Assembly: GCA_943370295.1 (NCBI GenBank)
Contig: CALRQL020000015.1
Location: forward strand, 8,515 to 72,514
Length of the DNA: 64,000 bases
Direction: 5' to 3'
Source: Agrobacterium sp. 719_389
GTDB taxonomy: Bacteria > Bacteroidota > Bacteroidia > UBA8524
Part shown: positions 37,158 to 45,987 of the stretch, one piece after another
Layout of the letters: each line of letters opens with the position of its first letter
Numbering within the stretch: the stretch's first letter is position 1
The notes under the pieces: model-generated
Database searches by the model: none
What the model was told of the DNA's origin: nothing
The model's input: the letters and a program-made list of their open reading frames with translations, nothing else
Translations under genes and position numbers: made by a program

Positions 37158-37781
37158 TTATACCAGCTCTACGCTGTTACGGCCTAATTTTACGAATCCT
37201 TTTTGCTCCATCGTACGCAGTAATCGGCTTATTACCTCGCGGTGGGTATGCAGTTCATCAGCAATTTGCTGGTGAGTAATGTCCAGTGTTTTAGTATTGG
37301 TGGCTTTGCTGCGTTCGGTTAGGTAGTGTAGTAATTGCTTGTCAAGGTTGCTAAATGCAATCAAATCAACCACTTGTAACAACTCTGCAAAACGATTGTT
37401 ATAGTTATTGCTCACAAAGGCCTTCCACTCGGCATACTTAAACCAATCTTCGGTTTGCTGTACAGGTATTTGCAGAATTTCAGTGTCGTCTTCAGCTACC
37501 GCTTTTATCATACTTTTTTTACCTACTTGGCAGCAAGTTAGCGACATAGCACAGGTTTGACCCGGATATAGGTGGTATAAAAATACCTCGCGGCCCTCCT
37601 CATCTTGTCGTATTATCCGTATGCAACCGCTTAATACAATAGGTATAAAAACAATATCGTCGCCCGGATTAATAAGTGTTTCGTCCTTGCCCACAGTTTT
37701 CAGTCGGCCATAACGGTTTATCTCATCAAGCAGGGTAATATCTTTAAAAATCAGTTTTTCTTGTATAGGAAAGGGCAGCAT
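37158..37781 (-). CDS. Crp/Fnr family transcriptional regulator
   Basis: cNMP-binding-like N-domain and a C-terminal HTH (ITHQQIADELHTHREVISRLLRTMEQKG). Confidence 0.85.
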   Translation of the reverse strand: MLPFPIQEKLIFKDITLLDEINRYGRLKTVGKDETLINPGDDIVFIPIVLSGCIRIIRQDEEGREVFLYHLYPGQTCAMSLTCCQVGKKSMIKAVAEDDTEILQIPVQQTEDWFKYAEWKAFVSNNYNNRFAELLQVVDLIAFSNLDKQLLHYLTERSKATNTKTLDITHQQIADELHTHREVISRLLRTMEQKGFVKLGRNSVELV

Positions 37782-37794
37782 AACTAATTATAAT

Positions 37795-38787
37795 TTATTC
37801 TCTATTCTTCATTAATTCCTCAGCAGCACTGTAGGCACTTATTTTCTTATCAGCCACCTGTTGTTCCAATTCTTTAATCTTTTTAACTACTGCCGGGTTA
37901 TGGTAAAAACGGTCTTTTAGCAGTTGCTCAATGGTTTCGTGCAGACGTTGTTTTTCCTGTTCGGTACGGTGGGTAGAAAAATATCCGTTTTGTTTCGTCA
38001 GCGTCTCGTATTCTGTAATAATATCCCAAACTTCGGGCACACCTTCCCCCGTCAGCGAAGAACAAATACCCACCTTTGCAGCCCACCCTGATTGTGTTGG
38101 CGGGTACAAATGCAGTGCATTCCGGTACTCAACAATAGCCCGTTGTGCTTTGGTTTTGTTCTCTCCATCCGCTTTGGTAATAATCAGCGCATCGCACATT
38201 TCCATAATACCGCGCTTAATTCCCTGCAATTCATCGCCTGCACCTGCCAGCATCAGCAGCAAAAAGAAATCTACCATGCCGTGAACAGCCGTTTCGCTTT
38301 GCCCTACGCCTACAGTTTCAATAATTACCGTGTCAAAGCCCGCTGCTTCACAAAGTATTACAGTTTCGCGGGTACTGCGGGTTACACCGCCCAAAGAGCC
38401 GCTGCTGGGCGAAGGACGTATAAACGCATTGGGGTGCGATGAAAGGTTTTGCATACGGGTTTTATCGCCCAATATGCTGCCGTGCGAGATTTGCGAAGTA
38501 GGGTCGATGGCCAGCACACACACCTTACGGCCTGCCTCTGCCAAAAACATCCCGAATGACTCTATAAACGTGCTTTTGCCCACACCGGGCACTCCCGTAA
38601 TTCCCACGCGGATGCTGTTGCCGCTGTGCGGCAGGCAGCGTTCTATTACCTCATTGGCAAGTTGTTTATCAGCCTCCAACGTGCTTTCAATCAAAGTAAT
38701 AGCTTTGCCCAATACCGCACGGTCGGCATTTAAAATGCCCGTATAGTATTCATCCGCCGTAAGGCGCTTGCGTTTAAAAGGAGTCAA
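37795..38787 (-). CDS. meaB: Methylmalonyl-CoA mutase-associated GTPase MeaB/ArgK
   Basis: GITGVPGVGKST P-loop, IIETVGVGQSE and ITKADG motifs. TTG start. Confidence 0.9.
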   Translation of the reverse strand: MTPFKRKRLTADEYYTGILNADRAVLGKAITLIESTLEADKQLANEVIERCLPHSGNSIRVGITGVPGVGKSTFIESFGMFLAEAGRKVCVLAIDPTSQISHGSILGDKTRMQNLSSHPNAFIRPSPSSGSLGGVTRSTRETVILCEAAGFDTVIIETVGVGQSETAVHGMVDFFLLLMLAGAGDELQGIKRGIMEMCDALIITKADGENKTKAQRAIVEYRNALHLYPPTQSGWAAKVGICSSLTGEGVPEVWDIITEYETLTKQNGYFSTHRTEQEKQRLHETIEQLLKDRFYHNPAVVKKIKELEQQVADKKISAYSAAEELMKNRE

Positions 38788-38823
38788 AATAGTATCGCAG
38801 CGGGTTGTTATACGCCCGTTCTA

Positions 38824-38831
38824 CAAAAGTA
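38824..38831 (-). promoter_or_regulatory. -7 box TACTTTTG upstream of meaB
   Basis: Exact TAnnTTTG 36 nt upstream of the TTG start at 38787. Confidence 0.4.
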
Positions 38832-38965
38832 TTTAATACAAACTTCTTTTTTACAAGCAATACTTTAGCCGTTTAAACTTTGCAACAGGTTGTGCTATAT
38901 TGGTACAAAAAACTTTTATCAGCGTGGGTGTTGAATGATTATTTCTGTAGGTAACACAAATTGGT

Positions 38966-39193
38966 ATGAAAAAAATTGAATTTTACGATGTGGGTAATCC
39001 GATTATTCAAAAGGATATTGATGATTTTGAAGCCAAGTTTAACATAAGACTTCCTCAAAACTATAAGAAACTGCTATTGAGGTTTAACGGGGGTATTCCT
39101 TCAGAAGATTGTATTTATATTGACATCAATAATGTTCCAATTGTTAGAAAAGAAATAGACATTAATACAATACTAAATTCGCAAGTAAAATAG
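38966..39193 (+). pseudogene. SMI1/KNR4 (SUKH-1) immunity-family protein, N-terminal fragment only
   Basis: FEAKFNIRLPQNYKKLLLRFNGG is the characteristic SMI1/KNR4 N-terminal motif. The ORF stops after 75 aa, whereas family members are usually about 130-180 aa. The next ORF begins 1 nt after the stop. Confidence 0.55.
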
Positions 39194-39194
39194 T

Positions 39195-39467
39195 ATGATA
39201 ACCAAAGAAGTTGCTAGAAAACTGGCAGAAGAGTATTTGAAACAAAACTCTCGTGATTTCACATTTATCGATTCCAATGATAAAATTTATTTTGAAGAAA
39301 CCCATGTTATTCCTTTTGGAGCAAAACTTGGTGAAGTTCACAGCACTTATAGTATTGGCTTTGGTGAGGTTTGGGGTGATGAAGTTAAAGTGTCATTCGT
39401 CATGTTAGATGCAAAAGATGGTGCGATACTATATTTAATTACACCTCAAAAATTTGTTAACCCTTAA
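39195..39467 (+). CDS. Small YrhB/PepSY-like immunity-type protein
   Basis: MITKEVARKLAEEYLKQ N-terminal helix, then beta-rich ...VSFVMLDAKDGAILYL. 90 aa, AT-rich. Confidence 0.55.
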   Translation: MITKEVARKLAEEYLKQNSRDFTFIDSNDKIYFEETHVIPFGAKLGEVHSTYSIGFGEVWGDEVKVSFVMLDAKDGAILYLITPQKFVNP

Positions 39468-39567
39468 TTTTTTTGCAGTATATAATTGAAAATATAATAT
39501 AGTTTTGATATTGAAAAACACCCTAAAGTTTTAGAGAAATTGAAATTAATCAATTATTATATTGATT

Positions 39568-39912
39568 ATGATAACACCAAAACAAGCATTGGAGATTGCT
39601 AAAAATTATTTAAAAGAGAAAAAGAGGAGTTTTACATCAATAAAATGGGGAATGGGTGCGCGAGCGGTGGGGGTTAGAATTGATGTAAATAATGTTTTGT
39701 ACGGCATTTTTGAAAACAACGAAGTTTGGTATGATCAGGATAAAGAAAACAGAAGGTATATCTTTTTCGCAGAATCGGGACAATACACTTTTGTTTTTAA
39801 TAAAACGGAAATGAATTTTGAGTTACTGGATCGTTATAGTGGGGATGTAGTTGAAGTTTTTGATTCATTTAACAAAATGCTAGAACGTATATTAAAGCTA
39901 ATGCTTACTTAA
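39568..39912 (+). CDS. Small YrhB/PepSY-like immunity-type protein
   Basis: The MITPKQALEIAKNYLKEKK N-terminus parallels the preceding ORF. ATG at 39568. Confidence 0.55.
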   Translation: MITPKQALEIAKNYLKEKKRSFTSIKWGMGARAVGVRIDVNNVLYGIFENNEVWYDQDKENRRYIFFAESGQYTFVFNKTEMNFELLDRYSGDVVEVFDSFNKMLERILKLMLT

Positions 39913-39929
39913 CGTATTTCTATAGTTTA

Positions 39930-39974
39930 CCTACTATTCGGGGATTTTTTTTTGTTTGCAGTACATTGCTGATA
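39930..39974 (+). repeat. Cassette junction repeat, copy J1 (core only)
   Basis: cctactattcggggattttttttt-gtttgcagtacattgctgat recurs at 40445-40491 and 41113-41157, and partly at 41785-41806. Confidence 0.85.
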
Positions 39975-39988
39975 AATGAAATTTACTC

Positions 39989-40300
39989 ATGAAACATAAA
40001 GAAGAAGAGATTGTAAGCATTGCAAAAAACGTTTTAAGGAAACTTGAAATTTCATATGACAATTCTTTTGGTATGAATATAAATGTAGTGGATAAAAAAG
40101 ACAATAGATTTTCTAAACCTACTTGGGTTGTAGCTTATCAGATTGCGATACAATTTACCCCTAGGCGACTTGCTTTTTTGTATATTGATGATGAAACAGG
40201 GGCACCCTTGTTAATATTTCACAGTCATGCAAATGTGTATCTAACCCTTAATGAGGACGGAACAATAGAAAAAACGGTTAAACGCTATGGGGAGGATTAG
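39989..40300 (+). CDS. Small PepSY-like immunity-type protein
   Basis: EEIVSIAKNVLRKL helix...WVVAYQ...LYIDDETGAPLL pattern. 103 aa. Confidence 0.55.
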   Translation: MKHKEEEIVSIAKNVLRKLEISYDNSFGMNINVVDKKDNRFSKPTWVVAYQIAIQFTPRRLAFLYIDDETGAPLLIFHSHANVYLTLNEDGTIEKTVKRYGED

Positions 40301-40426
40301 CTCTATATGGGCATGGGAAACGGCCACAATAGTATAATTAAAAGGCATTGACGACAGCAGCTTGAAGGAACAAAAGTATTACCCATACGACACTGTGCAT
40401 TGGTAGTACTATACTGAGTATATTTT

Positions 40427-41092
40427 ATACAATCCCTGAGTTGTTTCCCTACTATTCGGGGATTTTTTTTTGTTTGCAGTACATTGCTGATGAAAATCTA
40501 TTCGAGTGTTAAAAAGATTTAGGGTGCACAAATAGAATAAGATACCATGTCACAAACATTCACAATATTATCAAAGGAATATATTCAACAAAAAGAGCTA
40601 CACACTATACTCAGGGATATTGCCCAAAAAATACCAACAGTAAGCATTCAAAAAGAAATAATTTATAAAGGAAATTTTGAGTTTACCATACAAAGGGTGG
40701 AAAAATCGTTACCTAAAGTATATGGTGAGCATGAAATTGCAGTTATTACATTTATGCTTTTGTCTGAAGAAGAATTTTATAAAAGTGAAGAAAGTATTAA
40801 TCAATTTATGGTTAGCATGAGTGAGGAACTTCGAAAATCATATAGGAGTTTAATTATTATCAACACGGATCATGCTTCTTTATTATGGAATGATTTTTTA
40901 AATATTTTTATGGAAAAATATCCTGATATGGTACTAACTGGTGATTCATTTGATGATTCAGGAGAATTAGGGTATTATACTTATGAACACTTAAAAGCGG
41001 GTCGTAAACTTGATGAGCGTGCTTGGTTCTGGGAAAACCCTGATGAGTTGCTGCGTCGTAGCAATGCTATTGTATAGATACAAGCAACCTTT
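40427..41092 (+). repeat. Tandem duplication unit 1 (junction J2 plus 176-aa ORF)
   Basis: 666-bp period. The junction, leader and ORF ends are near-identical to unit 2. Confidence 0.9.
40547..41077 (+). CDS. Hypothetical protein, paralogue A of tandem pair
   Basis: 176 aa, about 80-85% identical by eye to the ORF at 41213-41746. Confidence 0.7.
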   Translation: MSQTFTILSKEYIQQKELHTILRDIAQKIPTVSIQKEIIYKGNFEFTIQRVEKSLPKVYGEHEIAVITFMLLSEEEFYKSEESINQFMVSMSEELRKSYRSLIIINTDHASLLWNDFLNIFMEKYPDMVLTGDSFDDSGELGYYTYEHLKAGRKLDERAWFWENPDELLRRSNAIV

Positions 41093-41758
41093 CAATACAA
41101 TCCCCGAAAGGTTTCCCTACTATTCAGGGATTTTTTTTGTTTGCAGTACATTGCTGATGACAATCTATTCGAGTGTTAAAAAGATTTAGGGCCACTAATA
41201 GAATAAGATACCATGTCACAAACATTCACAATATTATCAAAGGAATATATTCCACAAAAAGAGCTACACACTATACTAAAGGATATTGCCAGTATGATTC
41301 CATCCGTAAACATTCAAGAGGAGAGAATTAATAGTGATGGGTTTTTAGTGTTTACTATTCAACGGGTAGAAAAATCCTTACCTAAAGTATATGGAGAATA
41401 TGAAATTGCGGTTATCAAATTTATGCTTGAAACGGAAGAAGGGTTTCATAAAAGTGAAGAAAGTATTAATCAATTTATGGTTAGCATGAGTGAGGAACTT
41501 CGACAAGCTTACAGGGATTTAATCATTATTAATACGGATCATGCTTCCTTATTATGGTATGATTTTTTAAATATTTTTATGGAAAAATATCCTGATCTAA
41601 TACTGGAGAGCGGTATAGAGGATGATTCAGGAGAATTAGGGTATTATACTTATGAACACTTAAAAGCGGGTCGTAAACTTGATGAGAGTGCTTGGTTCTG
41701 GGAAAACCCTGATGAGTTGCTGCGTCGTAGCAATGCTATTATATAGATACAAGCAACC
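41093..41758 (+). repeat. Tandem duplication unit 2 (junction J3 plus 177-aa ORF)
   Basis: See unit 1. It is followed by a partial third junction, J4, at 41759-41806. Confidence 0.9.
41213..41746 (+). CDS. Hypothetical protein, paralogue B of tandem pair
   Basis: 177 aa with the same N- and C-termini as paralogue A (MSQTFTILSKEYI... / ...WFWENPDELLRRSNAI). Confidence 0.7.
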   Translation: MSQTFTILSKEYIPQKELHTILKDIASMIPSVNIQEERINSDGFLVFTIQRVEKSLPKVYGEYEIAVIKFMLETEEGFHKSEESINQFMVSMSEELRQAYRDLIIINTDHASLLWYDFLNIFMEKYPDLILESGIEDDSGELGYYTYEHLKAGRKLDESAWFWENPDELLRRSNAII

Positions 41759-41770
41759 TTTCAATACAAT

Positions 41771-41806
41771 CCCCGAATGGTTTCCCTACTATTCGGGGAT
41801 TTTTTG
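41771..41806 (+). terminator. Hairpin plus T-tract in junction copy J4 (probable terminator of the array)
   Basis: ccccgaat-N12-attcgggg is a perfect 8-bp stem followed by ATTTTTTG. The equivalent stems in J2 and J3 each carry 2 mismatches. Confidence 0.55.
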
Positions 41807-41844
41807 TTCTTGGACGTTTTATTTGTTATCGCGTTCGTAAAATA

Positions 41845-42210
41845 TTACCCCGCCGCAAACGAAGTGCCGCAGCCGCAGGTAGTTGTAGCATTTGGGTTAC
41901 TGAATGTAAAGCCTTTGTTATTCAGTCCGTCTTCCCAATCTACCTGCATACCTACCAAATACATTAAGTGGGCTTTGTTCATCAGTATCTTAATACCGTT
42001 GGCCATGTACTCCGTATCACCTTCTTCCTTACTGTCAAAAGCCAACAGGTACGATAAGCCCGAACAGCCGCCGCCTTTTACACCAATACGCAATCCCTGC
42101 TCGTCAGAAATACTCAGCGTGTTTATCAGCTTTAATAATTCGGTACGCGCACCTTCAGTAAACGTAATGGGCGAAGGGGCAAGGGTTTTGGGTGCATCTA
42201 CTACTTCCAT
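41845..42210 (-). CDS. Iron-sulfur cluster insertion protein (HesB/IscA/ErpA family)
   Basis: GCSGLSY...C-terminal CGCGTSF cysteine ligands. Confidence 0.88.
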   Translation of the reverse strand: MEVVDAPKTLAPSPITFTEGARTELLKLINTLSISDEQGLRIGVKGGGCSGLSYLLAFDSKEEGDTEYMANGIKILMNKAHLMYLVGMQVDWEDGLNNKGFTFSNPNATTTCGCGTSFAAG

Positions 42211-42279
42211 AATGGGTATGGTTTTATACTGCAAATATCGCAAAAACAAGGCCAATAGCACAGCCGTGTCAAATTGCCA

Positions 42280-42780
42280 TTATTTGTAACGTTTAACGGT
42301 AACCAATTTATTAAACCCGGTAAACATAAGGTTTGCCTCGGCATGGTTGCTTAAAATATCCCTTATATCCACTGCCAAGGTGTACATGGCGGGTTTTTCT
42401 TCACACCCTTTGGGCTCACCCTTAGAAATACGGCAGCGCAAACGTACAGGGTAAGTTTTTAGCTCAATCTTACTTTGGTATAACTTAAAATCATCCTTTT
42501 TGCAGTTGAAATAACTGCTGATGGTGATGAACAAAATGCTGTCTTTTTGCTCAGTATGCACAATGTTAAAATCCACAGCTCCTTCGTCAAGACCAAAAAG
42601 ACTATCGCTTACAACAATTCGCTTCACAAATACAGTAAGGGTATCGGTTTGGTAGTTTACCAGCATTTTCAGCGTATCCGTGTGGGGCGAAAGAGGCTTT
42701 ACGGCTACATTTTTCCCCGTTTTACAACTATAGATACTGATAGCGGCCAGCAAACCGATAATTACTACAACTACTCTCAT
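42280..42780 (-). CDS. Hypothetical lipoprotein
   Basis: MRVVVVIIGLLAAISIYSC lipobox. No domain recognised. Confidence 0.6.
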   Translation of the reverse strand: MRVVVVIIGLLAAISIYSCKTGKNVAVKPLSPHTDTLKMLVNYQTDTLTVFVKRIVVSDSLFGLDEGAVDFNIVHTEQKDSILFITISSYFNCKKDDFKLYQSKIELKTYPVRLRCRISKGEPKGCEEKPAMYTLAVDIRDILSNHAEANLMFTGFNKLVTVKRYK

Positions 42781-42803
42781 TATTCCTGTTACTCTTTATC
42801 CTG

Positions 42804-44453
42804 TTATTGTTTAATAAACCTGCCCGTATAGGTAGTGTTGCCATTGTTGACACTCACTATATAAACGCCGGCAGGCAGTGTTTCTATATCTAACCAACCG
42901 TTTTGCAAGGCAATAGTTTGTAATTGTTGCCCCAAAACGGTAGTAATGGTTGCATTGTCAAACTCACCGCCGCTAATGCGCAGCCAATTGTTGGCAGGAT
43001 TGGGATACAGTGTCAGTTTATCTTTTTCAACGGTTTCGCCTACACTTTCGGGGTATAAGTATGCCCCGCTTACGCTGGTAGCTCCTGTATTGGTCGAGTC
43101 AAGCCAATCTTTCAAACGGCTGCGCGGTGTTGAGCCGTTTTTGTCCCAATGCCAATCCAACCGGCCGTAAAAATCAGTACCGTTCAACTTAGTACAAGAT
43201 GCACTTCCGCCCGTAAGGGTTCCAATCAGATACCCTTTTTTATTAAATAATGCTGAACCCGATGAGCCGGGTTCGGTAACTCCATGACCGTTGGCCGTGG
43301 CCGACCATAGCACTTCCCAATGGGTATTATCGGGCGAAGTAGGATAGGGTGCCCCTTTTTTCAGCGGCCATGTAGAGGTAGATATTTTTTTGATATCGTA
43401 TTTAGGGTGATGGATGCTTACTGCGCTATCGGTATAATCTTCGGTAGTATCTAAACTCCAACCTGAATAATACACTCCGTAGCTTGGGGGGATGGGTTGG
43501 GTAAGCTCAAGCAACAAAAAGTCGCTCCCCAATTCACCGCCTTTGTCTTCTGTATGAGCCAGCACCTTTGAGCCCATAATTTTATTATCAGCAAGGTTGC
43601 CTTCGCTCATGGGATTTGCACACGAGGGGGCTTGGTAGTTAAACGTAAACAGCCAGTATTTAAACATGGTATCGTTGCTTAAACTATCATTAAAACCTAA
43701 ACCGCAGTGCATGGCCGTTAACAAATACGGTTTAATTTTTTGCGAGGTATTGTTTACCATCGTTCCGGTACACCATTGGGTATTAAAATCAGTATAACTT
43801 AAAATGCGCACCACCGAATTGCGTTGGTTTCTCCAGTTATCACCTTCGCTGCAATTTACATTTACATTACAGCTTGATGCATCACCAAAGCCATCGGTTT
43901 GGGTTTCGTTGGGGTCGGTATATCGGTAAATGTAGCAAAGCCTTTCAATTATTAAATGTGCAGTATTGCTGGTTCCGTTAGGCACAAAATACTCAATCAC
44001 TGCTTCTTGCCCTGCAACGGGAGTGGTAGAAATAATGTTTTGGGTAGAAAAATCAGCCGTTTTGTATGTGTTTTTTGCTGCCGGTGTATTATTACCATAA
44101 ACAATTAGCGATGCGCCATTGGGCATATTTTCCATCTTACCCAGCAGGGTAATGGCTTTTGCTCCGTCAAGCTTCACTTTTAACCGCCAAACAGAACCTT
44201 TATCGGTTGTAATCCACTCACCCGAGTTGTAGGGGGTTAGGTTTACAGCTAATAATCGACCCACGTTCTCAGGGTGGTAAGGCTTTTTATGGCTGTTATC
44301 TTCGGCATACATTTGCTCGGCATCCAACCCATTTATGGTATGCAAGGCGTTTGGGGCAATGGCAGGCAAGCCGTTTTGTTGCCCTTGTGCAGTTAAAGCA
44401 AGGCCAAAGGCCATTACTAATGCAGTATATTTTGGTAACGATTTAATACCCAT
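42804..44453 (-). CDS. Trypsin-like (S1) serine endopeptidase with T9SS type-A C-terminal domain
   Basis: TAMHC (His), GSDFLLLEL (Asp) and EPGSSGSALF (Ser) triad contexts. C-terminal LYPNPANNWLRI...GVYIVSV...GRFIKQ. Confidence 0.8.
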   Translation of the reverse strand: MGIKSLPKYTALVMAFGLALTAQGQQNGLPAIAPNALHTINGLDAEQMYAEDNSHKKPYHPENVGRLLAVNLTPYNSGEWITTDKGSVWRLKVKLDGAKAITLLGKMENMPNGASLIVYGNNTPAAKNTYKTADFSTQNIISTTPVAGQEAVIEYFVPNGTSNTAHLIIERLCYIYRYTDPNETQTDGFGDASSCNVNVNCSEGDNWRNQRNSVVRILSYTDFNTQWCTGTMVNNTSQKIKPYLLTAMHCGLGFNDSLSNDTMFKYWLFTFNYQAPSCANPMSEGNLADNKIMGSKVLAHTEDKGGELGSDFLLLELTQPIPPSYGVYYSGWSLDTTEDYTDSAVSIHHPKYDIKKISTSTWPLKKGAPYPTSPDNTHWEVLWSATANGHGVTEPGSSGSALFNKKGYLIGTLTGGSASCTKLNGTDFYGRLDWHWDKNGSTPRSRLKDWLDSTNTGATSVSGAYLYPESVGETVEKDKLTLYPNPANNWLRISGGEFDNATITTVLGQQLQTIALQNGWLDIETLPAGVYIVSVNNGNTTYTGRFIKQ

Positions 44454-45825
44454 ATTGTGTTAGTAAATACATAAACGCAGCAATGGATGCTGCACCTAAT
44501 TCAAGTTCTCTTTTATTGACGTTCTCAAAGCGGTCGGTGTTGGCATGGTGGAAATCAAAATATCGTTGAGAGTCAGGTACAAACCCTGCCAGCAAAATAC
44601 CTTTTTGTGATTTTTTAAGGGGACTGATGTCTGCTCCGCCGCCACCGTTGGCAAAATCATGCAGACCGTAAGGCTCAAACAATTTCACCCATTGGCGCAC
44701 CAACTCTATCTTGCCCGAATCTCCCTCTAAATGAAAACCGCGGGGAGTGAAACCGCCTCGGTCGCTTTCAATCGCTGCAATATGTTTTTCTTGCAAACTA
44801 TCCGCTTGGCGGGCATATTGCAAGGCTCCCTTTAACCCGTTTTCTTCGTTCATAAATAATACAGCACGTATGGTACGTTTAGGACGTATGCCCAACGCTT
44901 TAAATATCCTTACAGCCTCTATCGAGTGTACACAACCTGCACCGTCATCGTGTGCGCCTTCACCGTTATCCCACGCATCCAAGTGGCCGCCTGCAATCAC
45001 ATACTCTTGCGGAAACTCTGTACCGCGTATTTCTCCTACTACGTTGTACGAAAGAACATCGGGCAAGGTTTCACACGTTTGGCGGAAATAAAACTGCAAT
45101 TCGGGCTCGCTTTGCAGCAACAGGCTTAGTTTATCAGCATCCTCGGTGCTAATGGCCGCCGCGGGTATTTTCTGCACACTGTCATCATACACCAACGTAC
45201 CAGTGTGCGGATGCTTATCTTGTGATAAATTCATCGAGCGGACAATAACACCCACCGCACCGTGTTTGGCAGCTTCTTTGGCACCCCAAACCCGTTGATC
45301 GACACAACTGCCATAAGCAGCAAACGTATATATTTTACGTGCATCCATAGGGCGACTGTAAAACACAATTTTACCTTCTACCTTCTCACGCCCCAGTTTT
45401 TCAACCTCTTCAATGCTTTTTACTTCGATTACTTGGGCTTTAATCCCTTTTTTGCCCGTTCCTATACTACCTCCTAAGGCACAAATGTTAACCTTCTCTT
45501 TTACGCGCTTACCAATAATTTTTGCTTCTTCAGCATCACCACGCACCCAATGGGGCACCATACAAGGTTGCAAAAACACGGTATCAAACCCTAAATCGTT
45601 CATGGTTTTATAGCCCCACTCAACAGCTTTTTGTGCATTTGCCGAGCCGCTTACACGTCCCGGTGCGGTTTTGCACAACTCGCCAAGCATGGGGTAAGCT
45701 TTGCCACGCAACAGGGCTTCATCAAACATACGGCGTATAATAGCACTATCAGAGTTGGGGTTTTGGGCTAAGAGGCAAAAGGGTATTGCAAGCAGCCAGT
45801 AAATAGCAAGTAATTGTTTCTTCAT
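44443..45825 (-). CDS. M28 family metallopeptidase
   Basis: Signal peptide. GGHLDAWDNGEGAHDDGAG and FMNEENGLKG zinc-ligand motifs. Confidence 0.85.
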   Translation of the reverse strand: MKKQLLAIYWLLAIPFCLLAQNPNSDSAIIRRMFDEALLRGKAYPMLGELCKTAPGRVSGSANAQKAVEWGYKTMNDLGFDTVFLQPCMVPHWVRGDAEEAKIIGKRVKEKVNICALGGSIGTGKKGIKAQVIEVKSIEEVEKLGREKVEGKIVFYSRPMDARKIYTFAAYGSCVDQRVWGAKEAAKHGAVGVIVRSMNLSQDKHPHTGTLVYDDSVQKIPAAAISTEDADKLSLLLQSEPELQFYFRQTCETLPDVLSYNVVGEIRGTEFPQEYVIAGGHLDAWDNGEGAHDDGAGCVHSIEAVRIFKALGIRPKRTIRAVLFMNEENGLKGALQYARQADSLQEKHIAAIESDRGGFTPRGFHLEGDSGKIELVRQWVKLFEPYGLHDFANGGGGADISPLKKSQKGILLAGFVPDSQRYFDFHHANTDRFENVNKRELELGAASIAAFMYLLTQYGY

Positions 45826-45987
45826 TCGGTGTATCTCCAAATTAACACTAAAAAAACAAGAAGTTAAAATTTGAGTGTGTAGGACTTGTCACAAAACGCC
45901 TGCGCATCCGTCTTCAATTACTAATCACCCAACTCTAAACAATAAATTCTAACATTGTAAATACTAACAACCATTACCTCCTTTGAA

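Noticed and set aside
38966-41810. Classical integron cassette array
   Set aside because: There is no intI-type tyrosine recombinase in or near the block, and the junction repeats lack the RYYYAAC/GTTRRRY attC cores. Only the cassette-like organisation is retained as a hypothesis.
41777-42289. 170-aa plus-strand ORF
   Set aside because: It lies entirely antisense to the well-supported IscA/ErpA-family gene. Its sequence is low-complexity with no start context, so it is a shadow ORF.
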